64,000 nucleotides of DNA from a virus (IMGVR_UViG_3300034198_015460:17136-81135); one strand, 5' to 3'; shown: positions 1-9,687, counted from the first letter of the stretch. The notes: generated from the letters alone by a model not told the origin. Program-made: numbers and translations.

Positions 1-900
1 TTTTCTCTCATGATCTGGATATTTTAAAACAATCGCTTTGATTTTAAAGTCTGCTAGATGTTTTTTCTCAATTAGTTCTGCCGTTGAGATTATTTTTCTA
101 ACAGGACCAAAAAGTCCTTCTAGAACCAATTTATGTGTTTGACTGCCATCTAAAGTTCCTGTGAAACCGAATCTATATTGACAATCTTCTAGTTTTGTTA
201 GAATATTTGTTAGAGATTTAGCTTTGAATAAATGAGCTTCGTCGCCAATTACTACATTAAACTGTTTGAAAAATTCTTTAGGCATTTTGTAAATTGACTG
301 CCACGTAGAAATGGTAATTGGTTTAGTAGATAACTTGTCTTGTCCAGAATATATCCTATGCACCAAAGCATCAGAATTAAAACCATAATCAGCAAAATCG
401 GAAGCCAACTGAGACACAAGAGAAGTAGTAGGAACAATAATGAGAGTACGTTCAGCATAATACCTCACGAGTAAATAGATAATGAATGATTTGCCAGAAG
501 CGGTGGGTGAAAGTAATAAAGATCTTTTGTTTCTGACAGCGTGAATAAATGCGTCCATCTGATAGTCTCTTGGTTGCATTTTTGGATTTAGTGCCTTGAT
601 GAAATCTTCAGCTTCTTTTATTGAAAACTCTTCATCAGGAAATTCTGTCAAATATTCTACAACATAATCTCTTTTTTTAGCAAATTCTTCAATATAACGA
701 TTTAAACCTGCATACAGTAAACAATTAAGGGGGCTTAAAAGTCTTAACTTACCATCCCAAAATTTGTTTCTATATGCAGGCATAAATTTTGCACCGGGAA
801 CGTCAAATGTAAAATATTCGCTAAGTTCCATTACAATTGAAGGTTCTGCAATGATTTTATTATATACTTCGTTTATTTTTTGTATTTGTATTATATCCAT
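1..900 (-). CDS. uvsW: UvsW SF2 DNA helicase (runs off the window start; 3' part missing)
   Basis: Manual translation from ATG at 898-900: MDIIQIQKINEVY..FTFDVPGAKFMPAYRNKFWDGK..PRDYQ..LLLSPTASGKS (Walker A)..VVIGDEAH..GFTGT; adjacent to uvsY. Confidence 0.93.
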   Translation of the reverse strand, partial: MDIIQIQKINEVYNKIIAEPSIVMELSEYFTFDVPGAKFMPAYRNKFWDGKLRLLSPLNCLLYAGLNRYIEEFAKKRDYVVEYLTEFPDEEFSIKEAEDFIKALNPKMQPRDYQMDAFIHAVRNKRSLLLSPTASGKSFIIYLLVRYYAERTLIIVPTTSLVSQLASDFADYGFNSDALVHRIYSGQDKLSTKPITISTWQSIYKMPKEFFKQFNVVIGDEAHLFKAKSLTNILTKLEDCQYRFGFTGTLDGSQTHKLVLEGLFGPVRKIISTAELIEKKHLADFKIKAIVLKYPDHERK

Positions 901-1337
901 TATCCACCATTAGTAAATTTTATGAAATCTATCGCTGCTCTGATATTATAACCTCTGTTATTCAATGTTTTAATTATAGATTCTAATAATTCAATTTTTT
1001 CTTGTTGTATTCCTATTTTCAAAGATAATTCTATTATTTCTTTATCAGCTTCCATATACATGGGGATATCTGCTTTTAATATCATCCCTTTGGCTGGCAT
1101 TCTCCAACCCTTTGTTTTAGTTTCTTCGTTTGGTCCTTGTGTATAAAACTCGTATTTATCTAGTTTAAGAGATTTCATTTCGTTTTCTAGATTGCGTAAT
1201 CTTACTCTTTCACCTACCAAAATTTGATAATATTTATGATGTAGTTTTGGAATTTTTAAAGATTCATCAGCTAGTTCTGTTTTATCGATAAAGGAGTCTT
1301 TTTCCCATATTTGAAATATTTCTTCTGTTTTCATCAC
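900..1337 (-). CDS. uvsY: UvsY recombination mediator
   Basis: IDKTELADESLKIPKLHHKY..LKADIPMYMEAD..RGYNIRAAIDFIKF; position between gp3 and uvsW. Confidence 0.9.
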   Translation of the reverse strand: MMKTEEIFQIWEKDSFIDKTELADESLKIPKLHHKYYQILVGERVRLRNLENEMKSLKLDKYEFYTQGPNEETKTKGWRMPAKGMILKADIPMYMEADKEIIELSLKIGIQQEKIELLESIIKTLNNRGYNIRAAIDFIKFTNGG

Positions 1338-1363
1338 AACGTCCCCGATACATAATAATTGGA

Positions 1364-1392
1364 ATTATACTATATTTTAAGTATAAAGTAAA
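1364..1392 (-). promoter_or_regulatory. sigma70-like (early) promoter
   Basis: TTTACT-N17-TATAAT on the minus strand upstream of uvsY. Confidence 0.65.
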
Positions 1393-1393
1393 A

Positions 1394-1915
1394 TTAAATT
1401 TTGGTAATATCAAACAATGTATACTTAAATGTTGCTGACGCTTCTATGTAGTTTACAGACGAATCAGTAGTCAGAAATGTTAGCGCCGAAAGTGATATTG
1501 GAAAAGCGTCACGGTAAGTAATGTCGTAATTTGGTGTTTTGGTACTTGATAAAATCAATAATGAAATATCTGAATATATTCCATCTCCAGTATATGGTTT
1601 TACATCTTGAATTGTCTTATATTCTTCGTATTTTTCTGGGAATCCTAGTGCTCTGATCCAGTTGTGTATTTCTAGATAATTTGTTAAATCTTCATCTACT
1701 TTGAATGTTATATCTAAAGAGCCATATGTTATATGATCGCCTGGGTATGGTAAATTAACAAAGGGATTTGGTGTATCAACGTTTCTTAATTGAATTGATG
1801 GTATATTTACTTTTTGTATGAAAAAGTTGACATGAGGAGCTTTCTTAATTTGGAAACGAAAATTAAGCGGACTAAGAAAGTTTTTGTTTGATGGCGTATT
1901 GTCAATCGCAGACAT
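1394..1915 (-). CDS. gp3: gp3 tail completion / sheath stabiliser
   Basis: NFLSPLNFRFQI..VNFFIQKVNIP..FKVDEDLTNYLEIHNW..DAFPISLS; start chosen at MSAID after GGAGGA. Confidence 0.88.
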   Translation of the reverse strand: MSAIDNTPSNKNFLSPLNFRFQIKKAPHVNFFIQKVNIPSIQLRNVDTPNPFVNLPYPGDHITYGSLDITFKVDEDLTNYLEIHNWIRALGFPEKYEEYKTIQDVKPYTGDGIYSDISLLILSSTKTPNYDITYRDAFPISLSALTFLTTDSSVNYIEASATFKYTLFDITKI

Positions 1916-1934
1916 AGAGTTCCTCCATTTCAAC

Positions 1935-1942
1935 TATTTATA
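1935..1942 (-). promoter_or_regulatory. T4-type late promoter
   Basis: TATAAATA on the minus strand upstream of gp3. Confidence 0.8.
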
Positions 1943-1943
1943 T

Positions 1944-1972
1944 AAAAAAAGAGGGATCCGAAGACCCCTCTT
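1944..1972 (-). terminator. Rho-independent terminator with C(UUCG)G loop
   Basis: GAGGGGTC-TTCG-GATCCCTC followed by T7 on the minus strand. Confidence 0.88.
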
Positions 1973-2010
1973 AAAGTTTGCGGCTTGAAACCGTCTTATG
2001 TACTTTGCCT

Positions 2011-2622
2011 TCATTGCACAAGTTCAATAGTATTTAGTTCTTTTTGTTTTCTAAACTCTTCCCATCTTTTTTTAGATGCAGCAGAAACAGCCAATTTTCT
2101 TTTGTTATTGGGATCCGACCATTGTTCTTTCATACGTTTAGAATTTTCTTGTTTCCATTCAGCTGTATGTGGAGCCTTTTTAATTCCTGTAAGAGCAGCT
2201 TTATGTTCTTCGGTTAGAGCTTTACCTTTTTTAGCAGCAGAAATCGCTGATCCTCGGCTTGGTGGTGCTGGAACGCTTTTACCTTTTTTAGAGAATGATA
2301 TTTTTTGACCAATAGTTTTTACGGATTCTGGGTAAGCATGCCAAGCTGTTGTATTTGATTTATTTAAGTTATAATAACGTAATTTTATTTCTTCTGGCTT
2401 TATCATGTCTAAATAACGCTGTTCTTCTTCGTACATATTAATTCTAGATAAATTTGTTTTTAATATACGTCTTTTAAAATCTTCTGACCTAATTCTCCAC
2501 GCTTGTTTCATCCAAGAAGAACTACATATATATCCATCTTCAACAGTTCCCCAATGACAACCGATATAATATCTTTTATGTTTACGATCAAACCAAAGAT
2601 AAACAAATCCGTATTTTTCCAT
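2011..2622 (-). mobile_element. Free-standing GIY-YIG (Seg-like) homing endonuclease downstream of gp23
   Basis: GFVYLWFD..YYIGCHWG..DGYICSS..YYNL catalytic module; C-terminal NUMOD3-like KGKALTEEHKAAL / HTAEWK; T4 segD also follows gene 23. Confidence 0.88.
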
Positions 2623-2632
2623 ATTAACCTCC

Positions 2633-2662
2633 AAAGAAAAAGCCAGGAGTTTCCCCCTGACT
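2633..2662 (-). terminator. Terminator after gp23
   Basis: AGTCAGGGG-GAAA-CTCCTGGCT followed by a T-rich tail; late-promoter-like ACTAAATA at 2664-2671. Confidence 0.75.
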
Positions 2663-2706
2663 TTATTTAGTAAAGTTATTATGAATAACTTAATAAAATA
2701 TATATT

Positions 2707-4065
2707 TTACATCAAATTATTAACAATTACGCGACGGTAATAAACGTTTGTTGATGTTGTCAACGCACCTTGTGTGGTAGCAGCAGAACCATCGGCGAAT
2801 GGATTTGATACCATACCATAACGTGTCTTGAAGCCAATTTTTGGTTGGAAGCTAGACTGATCAACGGCGCGCACCATTTGTAGTGGTACATATGGGCAGT
2901 AGAACAAACCAGCATCAAAAGAAGAAGAGCCTTTGTAACCAACTGTTAGATAGTTACCACCGATAGCATATGGATCGATGTAAACTTTTAGACGACCATT
3001 TAGAACACCAGCAAATGTATTACCAGTATCGTCAACTTCAAGTTTGTTGCTGTTTAGAGCAGGAGCGTAGTCAAGAACACCAGCCATTTGAAGAGCAGAA
3101 GCTACGTCAGAAGAGCAGATAACAATGTTACCCTTACCTCTACGAGTTTCACGAGCAATTTTATTAGCTTCACGTTCTAGTTGGAACATAAGACCTTTGA
3201 ATTTTTCAACTGACCAACGACCATTGGAGTCAGTGTCAAGGTCGAATACGCCAGCAGTTGTTGTATTATCTTGAGCACCGGCTTTAGCTGTGATGTTGAT
3301 TGTACGAACCACTTCACGATTGATTTCAGATAGAATTTCAGCAGAAAGAATGTTAGCTAGTTCGGTTTCAGCATCTAGACCATGAATTGCTTTTAGGTCT
3401 TGTGCTAGTTCCATGGTGTATTCGGCTTTTAGAGCACGAGATTGAGCAGTTACTGTAACTTTCTCAATTGAGAATGCCATCTGTGCGAAAGCTGAGTTTG
3501 AATCTGTGCCAAGGGCTTCAGCTTGTGCTGTTGACATACCAAAAGCAGTGTTATAGTTGGCTGTATTAACAAGTGGTGTTGTATTTGTTTGACCAGGGAT
3601 ACCGGCACCTGCTGTAAAGCTTTCACCAAAAGTAGAGTTACCAGCTCTAACAGAGGAGAATGCTGTATTAACTTCGTCGTAAAATGTTTCTGATCCGGAG
3701 TTGTTACCATAGCGTGAACGCATGGCAAAGATCAATCCTGTTGGACCGGTCATTGGTTGAACGCCACAAATATCATAGGCAATCAAGTTTGGCATTGCGC
3801 GACGAACCAATGAAATCAACACTGGATCGAATGTGTCAATGTTTGAAGAACCACCAGAAGCTTGAATAGCGTTAACTGGAATTACAGAAGAAGTTTCTGT
3901 AATTGTTTGATATTGGCCATGAGAAGCAGCTTCGGTCAAAGCTTTTTCTGTGTTTTCGAGAACAATCGCTGTAACAGAACGGCGATGTTGATCTTTAATT
4001 GATCCTAGGGCATCATGATCAAGAATTGGTGCCCACTTTTTTTGAATTTCCTCAGCTAGATACAT
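2707..4065 (-). CDS. gp23: gp23 major capsid protein
   Basis: DPVLISLVRRAMPNLIAYDICGVQPMTGPTGLIFAMR..SRALKAEYTMELAQDLKAIHGLDAE..YCPYVPL..FQPKIGFKTRYG. Confidence 0.99.
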   Translation of the reverse strand: MYLAEEIQKKWAPILDHDALGSIKDQHRRSVTAIVLENTEKALTEAASHGQYQTITETSSVIPVNAIQASGGSSNIDTFDPVLISLVRRAMPNLIAYDICGVQPMTGPTGLIFAMRSRYGNNSGSETFYDEVNTAFSSVRAGNSTFGESFTAGAGIPGQTNTTPLVNTANYNTAFGMSTAQAEALGTDSNSAFAQMAFSIEKVTVTAQSRALKAEYTMELAQDLKAIHGLDAETELANILSAEILSEINREVVRTINITAKAGAQDNTTTAGVFDLDTDSNGRWSVEKFKGLMFQLEREANKIARETRRGKGNIVICSSDVASALQMAGVLDYAPALNSNKLEVDDTGNTFAGVLNGRLKVYIDPYAIGGNYLTVGYKGSSSFDAGLFYCPYVPLQMVRAVDQSSFQPKIGFKTRYGMVSNPFADGSAATTQGALTTSTNVYYRRVIVNNLM

Positions 4066-4101
4066 TTAATTTCCCTTTCTAATTTTCTTTGGGTTTAGGT
4101 A

Positions 4102-4109
4102 TATTTATA
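4102..4109 (-). promoter_or_regulatory. T4-type late promoter
   Basis: TATAAATA upstream of gp23. Confidence 0.8.
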
Positions 4110-4114
4110 AAAAA

Positions 4115-5365
4115 CTAAACTTTAACGGTTCTTGAAATTGCTTGTAGATAACGATTTACTTGTGGATCGACATTCTCAACATTATTGTTGATTTGGCCTT
4201 CAAAAGTTTCTTCGTTAATATTTGAAGAGCGTGTTGTTGATTCGCCCTTGAAATAATTTTCTTTTACAATTTTCAATTTTTTCTCGTATGTTTCAAGATT
4301 GCCATCAAAATCAATGCCTTCAACAAGAGCTAAAAACTTCTCTTTTTGTGTTAGTGCAAGATCAGCTGACACGGACTCAAATACATCTCGCATTTGAGCT
4401 TCGTATACAACAGATTTTAGCTCATTATTTTCAGTAATTGATTCGTCAAGTTTTTGTTCTAATTCTTCAACTTTTGAAGCCATGGCTTCTAGAACATCAA
4501 CTTTTGTTTGTGGAACATTGATATAATGTTCTGTAAACAAACCTTTTAGGCCATCAATAAACTCTTCCATGAGTTCGTTACGTAGAGTAGATTCGATGGC
4601 GACTTCGTTTTCTTTCATCCAGTTTTCAACAACATAGTCTAGATAAGCATCTAGTTTTGTTGTCAATTGTTCTGTTAGATCGGAAACTTGTTCTTGCAAT
4701 TCTTGTTCAAATTGTTCTTGAAGAGAAGCAACTTCTAAAGTTATACGAGCATTTACTGCTGCTTCAAAAATTGTTGAAGCTTTTTCTTTGAAGTCTTCAG
4801 AAAGTTCTTGGCCGTTGAACATTTCTTCAACATCTTCTTTGACATTAATTTTTGGCATTGGCATTTTTGTTTTTGGACCTTTAGAAGCAACAGCAGCAGA
4901 AGCATTCATATCAATTGAAGAAGCGTTTTGTGCTGATTTATCAGTAGCTCCTGGCATTTTATTGGGGCCAAATTGAGCAATAGTTGCACGGAAATGATTG
5001 AGGTCAGTTGTATTCATTGAAGCCATCATATTAACAACATTTTTCATCGTTGAAGCACGAGATTCAGCAGGAATTTTTACATCAGCAGTTTTGTGTGCTT
5101 TGATGCTGGAGGCAGCAATGGTTTCTTCTTCCATTTTCTTTTTCTTCATGGAACTTTTACCACCTTCTTCCTCTTCTTCCTCTTCACCTTTTCCTTTTCT
5201 ATCATCGTCTTCAGTATCGCCATCATCGTCATCATCTTCTTTTCCGTCATCGTCATCGTCTTTCTTTGAAGATTCTTCCTCTTCTTCTTCACGGCGACGA
5301 CGAGCTTCTTGTAGAGAAATCTTGAAAATATCTTCAAGTTCTGATTGTTCTTTTCTTTCAGTCAT
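4115..5365 (-). CDS. gp22: gp22 prohead core scaffold with long acidic N-terminal region
   Basis: LSEDFKEKASTIFEAAV..YLDYVVENWMKENEVAIE..LFTEHYINVP..VKENYF; late promoter at 5397-5404. Confidence 0.93.
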   Translation of the reverse strand: MTERKEQSELEDIFKISLQEARRRREEEEEESSKKDDDDDGKEDDDDDGDTEDDDRKGKGEEEEEEEGGKSSMKKKKMEEETIAASSIKAHKTADVKIPAESRASTMKNVVNMMASMNTTDLNHFRATIAQFGPNKMPGATDKSAQNASSIDMNASAAVASKGPKTKMPMPKINVKEDVEEMFNGQELSEDFKEKASTIFEAAVNARITLEVASLQEQFEQELQEQVSDLTEQLTTKLDAYLDYVVENWMKENEVAIESTLRNELMEEFIDGLKGLFTEHYINVPQTKVDVLEAMASKVEELEQKLDESITENNELKSVVYEAQMRDVFESVSADLALTQKEKFLALVEGIDFDGNLETYEKKLKIVKENYFKGESTTRSSNINEETFEGQINNNVENVDPQVNRYLQAISRTVKV

Positions 5366-5408
5366 TGTAGGGTTTCCCTTTGTTAGATTTTAAAAATATT
5401 TATATCAA

Positions 5409-6074
5409 TTAAAATTTTACTGTAAGAGAAGCAATATAATTCTCAAACAACGCAAGACTGTTTTCCTCTAATTGACGAGTACTCATTTTTCTCATGCCTT
5501 TTTTCATATTATCAAGTTTCTCTTCATGCCATGTATGTTTGACTGGATCATAAATCCACTCTACGTTTTCCATAATTCCTTGAACAAAAGCTCCTGGAGC
5601 GGATGGATCAGCAACAATATCAGCAGCAGTTGCTAAACGAAAATCGTCTTTGACCATCATTCCTCTTGCAGTTTCTTGTAATGTTCCAAGACCTCTTGAA
5701 GAAACACCTAAATTTGCACCAGATTCTAGAAGACCTCTAGCAATATTGCCCATTGGTGTTTCTGTAATTACTGCTTTACCAACAAAAACATTTCCATCTC
5801 TTTTTAATTCTTTGATGATATGTGAAACACGATCAAGATTAATTTGTGGACCTGATGGATGGCCCAATTCACCATAAGCTCTGTTTTCTTTGATAACTTC
5901 TTTTACATATCTATTAACTTCTGATTCCAAAACAGAAATGGGATAAACTCTACCATTTTTGTTTTTTTGTTCAGCAACAAGAAATGTTCCTTGAATATAA
6001 TGTTTTTTATTACCGTTTTCTGTTGCTTCGGTAATATACTCTACTGATTCTATTTCTTCTCTAATAAGTTTCAT
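5409..6074 (-). CDS. gp21: gp21 prohead protease
   Basis: MKLIRE..NKNGRVY..RAYGELGHP..LDRVSH..LGVSSRGLG..ADIVADPSAP. Confidence 0.97.
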   Translation of the reverse strand: MKLIREEIESVEYITEATENGNKKHYIQGTFLVAEQKNKNGRVYPISVLESEVNRYVKEVIKENRAYGELGHPSGPQINLDRVSHIIKELKRDGNVFVGKAVITETPMGNIARGLLESGANLGVSSRGLGTLQETARGMMVKDDFRLATAADIVADPSAPGAFVQGIMENVEWIYDPVKHTWHEEKLDNMKKGMRKMSTRQLEENSLALFENYIASLTVKF

Positions 6075-6075
6075 A

Positions 6076-6318
6076 TTAGTGCCTATAAGCTACAGGAGCA
6101 GCTTTCATATTTGCTCCGGTTAAAAGATCGGTTGTGGTTTTTTGTAAAATCACACTTTCTGTGTTTGAAATAGAAACATTTGCATAAACAGTGCCATTTG
6201 AATAAGCAATATTTGCTGTAGCAAGAGCACCAGTATTGATTATTCTTACCAAACCAGAATTAGCAACATTATTAGCGGTGGCGATTGATACTTCTGCACC
6301 AAGAACTTTAATTATCAT
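6076..6318 (-). CDS. Small hypothetical virion protein (80 aa)
   Basis: ORF with AGAGGAG Shine-Dalgarno inside the head operon; beta-rich composition. Confidence 0.7.
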   Translation of the reverse strand: MIIKVLGAEVSIATANNVANSGLVRIINTGALATANIAYSNGTVYANVSISNTESVILQKTTTDLLTGANMKAAPVAYRH

Positions 6319-6373
6319 AGTATTGCTCCTCTACTTGGCATATCACCTATATTTCCACTGGGATAACTTAGAT

Positions 6374-7015
6374 TCATTGGGCTGTCTGGTCCTGATTCTT
6401 TTTCAGATCTTTTTTTTTATTCTTCTTGCCATCTTCAAGCATCGGCATGGCCAAATCTTCTTCCATTTTTTTAGATTTTTCAGGATGCATGCCATAATAT
6501 GCACCAAGAGCCATGCGTTTACGTTCTTCTTTAGATTTACCAGCAAACTTTGGGTCTTTTGAATGAATGAAATCAGAAATGACTTCTCCAGCAGATGTTT
6601 TTTTGGTTAATACTTCTTGAAGTTTTTTCTTTCCACCAAAAAGCATGCCCTTTTTTCCGGGCTTTGCTTCTTTGGCGCTACAAACACAAAGAGATTCACC
6701 ACATGTTTCACACTTCATTTGCTTGGCTTCATAGACATTTTTAGATTGTCTAGGATATTTTGCTACTTTTGTGCCGCCCTTATAAGGAAATTCTGTGTTT
6801 CCGGCGCGGTCAGCAAATTCTGCTGTTTTATGTATTTTAACAAAATCTTGTTCATCTTTTGACTTGGGCATGTAATCAACATAGGGATCAGAGCCTGTTG
6901 AACCGGGTCTAACAGTTGATTTATTTGAACCTTCTAGTTCCTTTTTATACATAACAAATTTATTGTCTGTTTGACCGGGTGTGGCTTTTACAATATCCCT
7001 TAGAGATTTTGACAT
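6374..7015 (-). CDS. Putative prohead core/internal protein (gp68 position); C-terminus may extend by -1 frameshift to 6315
   Basis: Lys-rich; CETCGESLCVC; ISDFIHSKDPKFAGKSKEERKRMALGAYY module; lies between gp67-like and gp21. Confidence 0.65.
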   Translation of the reverse strand: MSKSLRDIVKATPGQTDNKFVMYKKELEGSNKSTVRPGSTGSDPYVDYMPKSKDEQDFVKIHKTAEFADRAGNTEFPYKGGTKVAKYPRQSKNVYEAKQMKCETCGESLCVCSAKEAKPGKKGMLFGGKKKLQEVLTKKTSAGEVISDFIHSKDPKFAGKSKEERKRMALGAYYGMHPEKSKKMEEDLAMPMLEDGKKNKKKDLKKNQDQTAQ

Positions 7016-7019
7016 TTGT

Positions 7020-7196
7020 TTATTCCTCTGATGAATCTTCTAGACCATTAAACATCGATTTTGCGATTTCAATTTTTTTATTTTCAACTGCTGAAGATAA
7101 TCTATCAATAATCAAATCGTTGAAAATATGAGAAAAATCGCTTGGTTTTTGTTCTAATGTTGCGGAAATTAATCCTTCAATATCATATTTATCCAT
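7020..7196 (-). CDS. gp67: gp67-like small prohead core protein (58 aa, below ORF-track cutoff)
   Basis: Manual translation MDKYDIEGLISATLEQKPSDFSHIFNDLIIDRLSSAVENKKIEIAKSMFNGLEDSSEE; GAGG SD; directly after the portal gene. Confidence 0.7.
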   Translation of the reverse strand: MDKYDIEGLISATLEQKPSDFSHIFNDLIIDRLSSAVENKKIEIAKSMFNGLEDSSEE

Positions 7197-7205
7197 TTTT
7201 ACCTC

Positions 7206-9023
7206 TTATTGTGTCATGCCTAATTGAGCCGCCAAATCTCTATTTTTTGCTAGAATTTGCACTGCTGCTTTATATTTTGATTGATCTTGAATTGAACGAC
7301 CAGCTGGAGTTGTGCCTTTCAGCTTGTCAACAATCATTTTTGCGTTTCTAATTTCTTGCATTTTTTGTTGCATTTGTGGATCTTGTGTTGCTCCAACATT
7401 AGGATCAATAGGAGCGCCGCCTTGTTGCTGTGGCTGTGCATTTTGCTGCGCCATTTGTTGATTTTGTTGGACCATAGATTGAGTCTGCAATTCCATTTGC
7501 AAATTTTGATCTATTGCTGGATTAATCCATCTAGGATCATCAGAACTCTTTTCTTTTTGAATTTGAGAATCCATGGTCTTCATATCATCGTCAGTTTGAC
7601 GAAGGATATTTCTTCTGACCCATTCGTGTGAATAATATTTACCAGTAAAGTTTTGATAAGAACCTGCCAAAGAAAGTCTATTGTTATATATTTCGGCATT
7701 TTTCAGTTCTGTGAAATAATTATCTCTAGCATAATCAAACTTTATATCTTGTCTGATTTGTTCCCAATCTTCTAATGTCATAATTCCTTTTAGAACAAGC
7801 TGTTTTTCTAACATTTTAATGAAAAGATCGGAAAATTTTGTTCTAAGACGAATAATGAAACGAGCAAATTTTAGTTCGTCTCTAGTAATTTCTGTTGCTC
7901 TACCAATAGAAAATACTGCATCACTATTTAAACGACTAACAGGAACATTTAGTGTTTGAAGAAATTTCTTTTGAAAATATAAAACGTCGTCCATTTGACC
8001 AAGAGTTTGACCACCAGGTAGTGTTGTTACTTCTGTACCACGACCACCTTCTCTTCTTGGAAGCCAATAATCTTCCAACATAGTCATAAATTTACGATCG
8101 TCTCTGATCTCACCACTTTGTGCATCATAGATTAAACGGTTTTTGTGTTTGACCATAATATCACGAACGTATTGTTCAGCTTTCATTTTTGGGAGATTAC
8201 CAACATCAATATACCAAATTCTACGTTCTGGCGCTCTTGCTAAACGATAGATAACCAATGAGTCTTCAAGAGTTCTTAATTGATTTAGTGCTTTAATTGC
8301 TTTGTGAAGATAAGAAAGAACCATAGTTCCTTGATTATCTGTCAATCCAGAAGTAACGTGGACAATAGAATCTTTTGCAATTTTCAATCCAGCAGTTGTT
8401 GGCCCAGTAACTTTATTACCGTAATTAAATCCTTTATCATTAAAAATAAAATATTCATTTACAGTTTTAGTAGTAACTGCATCCATGGGATTTCCGTGTT
8501 GAATACGTTTCCTAGTTATTTCTCTTACTTTACGAATTTTTCTAGGATCAATATATCTAACGTCTTTAATGCCTTCTTTGGGAGAATTTTCATCTATAAC
8601 TGCATGATAATAAAGTCTTCCGTCTACATACCAACGTCTATAGATATCGTAAGCGTGTCTTTTAAAATCTAATAATTGTAAACAAGTTTGAAATTCTGTT
8701 TTAATTGCGTTCTTTATATTTTCCGAAACTTTTAAATCTTCTAAATTTATGTTAATTACATCTTCTTCATCAATAGAAATTGATTCGTTTACTATTTCTT
8801 CAACAGCAGAATCACATTCTGGATGAAGAGACATTTCTCTATATTTTGTGACTAATTCTGCTTCAGTTCTTACAGTGCCGTCTAAATCAACATATGTTCC
8901 AAAGGAACCACCAGCAGCAATAACAACTGCGCCATCATCAGTTTCCTTTTGAGAAAAAGAAGGAAGCTGTGATGTATCTTCTTTAGATTTTCTTTTAAAC
9001 TCAAAACCAAAAAGTTCTGCCAT
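7206..9023 (-). CDS. gp20: gp20 portal protein with Gln-rich C-terminal extension
   Basis: MAELFGF..RRWYVDGRLYYH..SYLHKAIKALNQLRTLEDSLVIYRLARAPERR..EDYWLPRREGGRGTE. Confidence 0.98.
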   Translation of the reverse strand: MAELFGFEFKRKSKEDTSQLPSFSQKETDDGAVVIAAGGSFGTYVDLDGTVRTEAELVTKYREMSLHPECDSAVEEIVNESISIDEEDVININLEDLKVSENIKNAIKTEFQTCLQLLDFKRHAYDIYRRWYVDGRLYYHAVIDENSPKEGIKDVRYIDPRKIRKVREITRKRIQHGNPMDAVTTKTVNEYFIFNDKGFNYGNKVTGPTTAGLKIAKDSIVHVTSGLTDNQGTMVLSYLHKAIKALNQLRTLEDSLVIYRLARAPERRIWYIDVGNLPKMKAEQYVRDIMVKHKNRLIYDAQSGEIRDDRKFMTMLEDYWLPRREGGRGTEVTTLPGGQTLGQMDDVLYFQKKFLQTLNVPVSRLNSDAVFSIGRATEITRDELKFARFIIRLRTKFSDLFIKMLEKQLVLKGIMTLEDWEQIRQDIKFDYARDNYFTELKNAEIYNNRLSLAGSYQNFTGKYYSHEWVRRNILRQTDDDMKTMDSQIQKEKSSDDPRWINPAIDQNLQMELQTQSMVQQNQQMAQQNAQPQQQGGAPIDPNVGATQDPQMQQKMQEIRNAKMIVDKLKGTTPAGRSIQDQSKYKAAVQILAKNRDLAAQLGMTQ

Positions 9024-9033
9024 TTAGATCTCC

Positions 9034-9058
9034 AAAATTGGGGAGAAAATCTCCCCAA
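9034..9058 (-). terminator. Hairpin/terminator between gp19 and gp20
   Basis: TTGGGGAGA-TTT-TCTCCCCAA followed by TTTT, immediately before the portal GGAG SD. Confidence 0.65.
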
Positions 9059-9075
9059 ATTCATCAAATATTATA

Positions 9076-9687
9076 TTAAGGACCTTGTGGGCCATCGATA
9101 AGTGCTGCTGCGCCATAAACATTAGTACCACCAGCTAGTTTATCTGAAGTTTCTACTGTTGGAATCCAGTAATCATATGAGAAATTGACAGGGAACATTT
9201 CAATAGAATTTTGAGAACCCCAGTCTAAAGCAATTGCACCAACTTCTGTTGGGAAAGCCCCAACAATTTGATATGCTCTTAAGATAGATCCATCTTTTGA
9301 ATATTGGATTACATCTAGATCTGTTTTATATTGTTCTGCTGAGATGTTTGGATCACGAACGTTTGAGACTAGACGATTTAAAGCATTTGACCAAGATTCA
9401 AACATTGATCTGACAGAAAAATCTTCGTCGTTCATAACGCTTACGTTCCAATCAGCAAATGTTCTATCGCCAGCAAGCTTTATTTGTCTTCCAAAATAAG
9501 GCACGGCAAAGTTTCCAACTGAAGAAGCTGGTAAAGCTGCTGATTGGCAAACAAAACTGAATTTACTGACTGATGTTGTTGAGATACCAATATTCTGTGG
9601 AACAGATAGAACAACATTAAATAGTGATGGTCTAGCGCCACCATAAACAAGAGCGTTTTGTTTAAAACTATTAATATTAAAAGGCAT
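9076..9687 (-). CDS. gp19: gp19 tail tube protein
   Basis: GGARPSLF..VPYFGRQIKLAGDRTFADW..NDEDF..FPTEVGAIALDW..FSYDYW. Confidence 0.95.
   Translation of the reverse strand: MPFNINSFKQNALVYGGARPSLFNVVLSVPQNIGISTTSVSKFSFVCQSAALPASSVGNFAVPYFGRQIKLAGDRTFADWNVSVMNDEDFSVRSMFESWSNALNRLVSNVRDPNISAEQYKTDLDVIQYSKDGSILRAYQIVGAFPTEVGAIALDWGSQNSIEMFPVNFSYDYWIPTVETSDKLAGGTNVYGAAALIDGPQGP

Noticed and set aside
4998-5393. Ser-rich plus-strand ORF
   Set aside because: Antisense shadow of the acidic tract in gp22.
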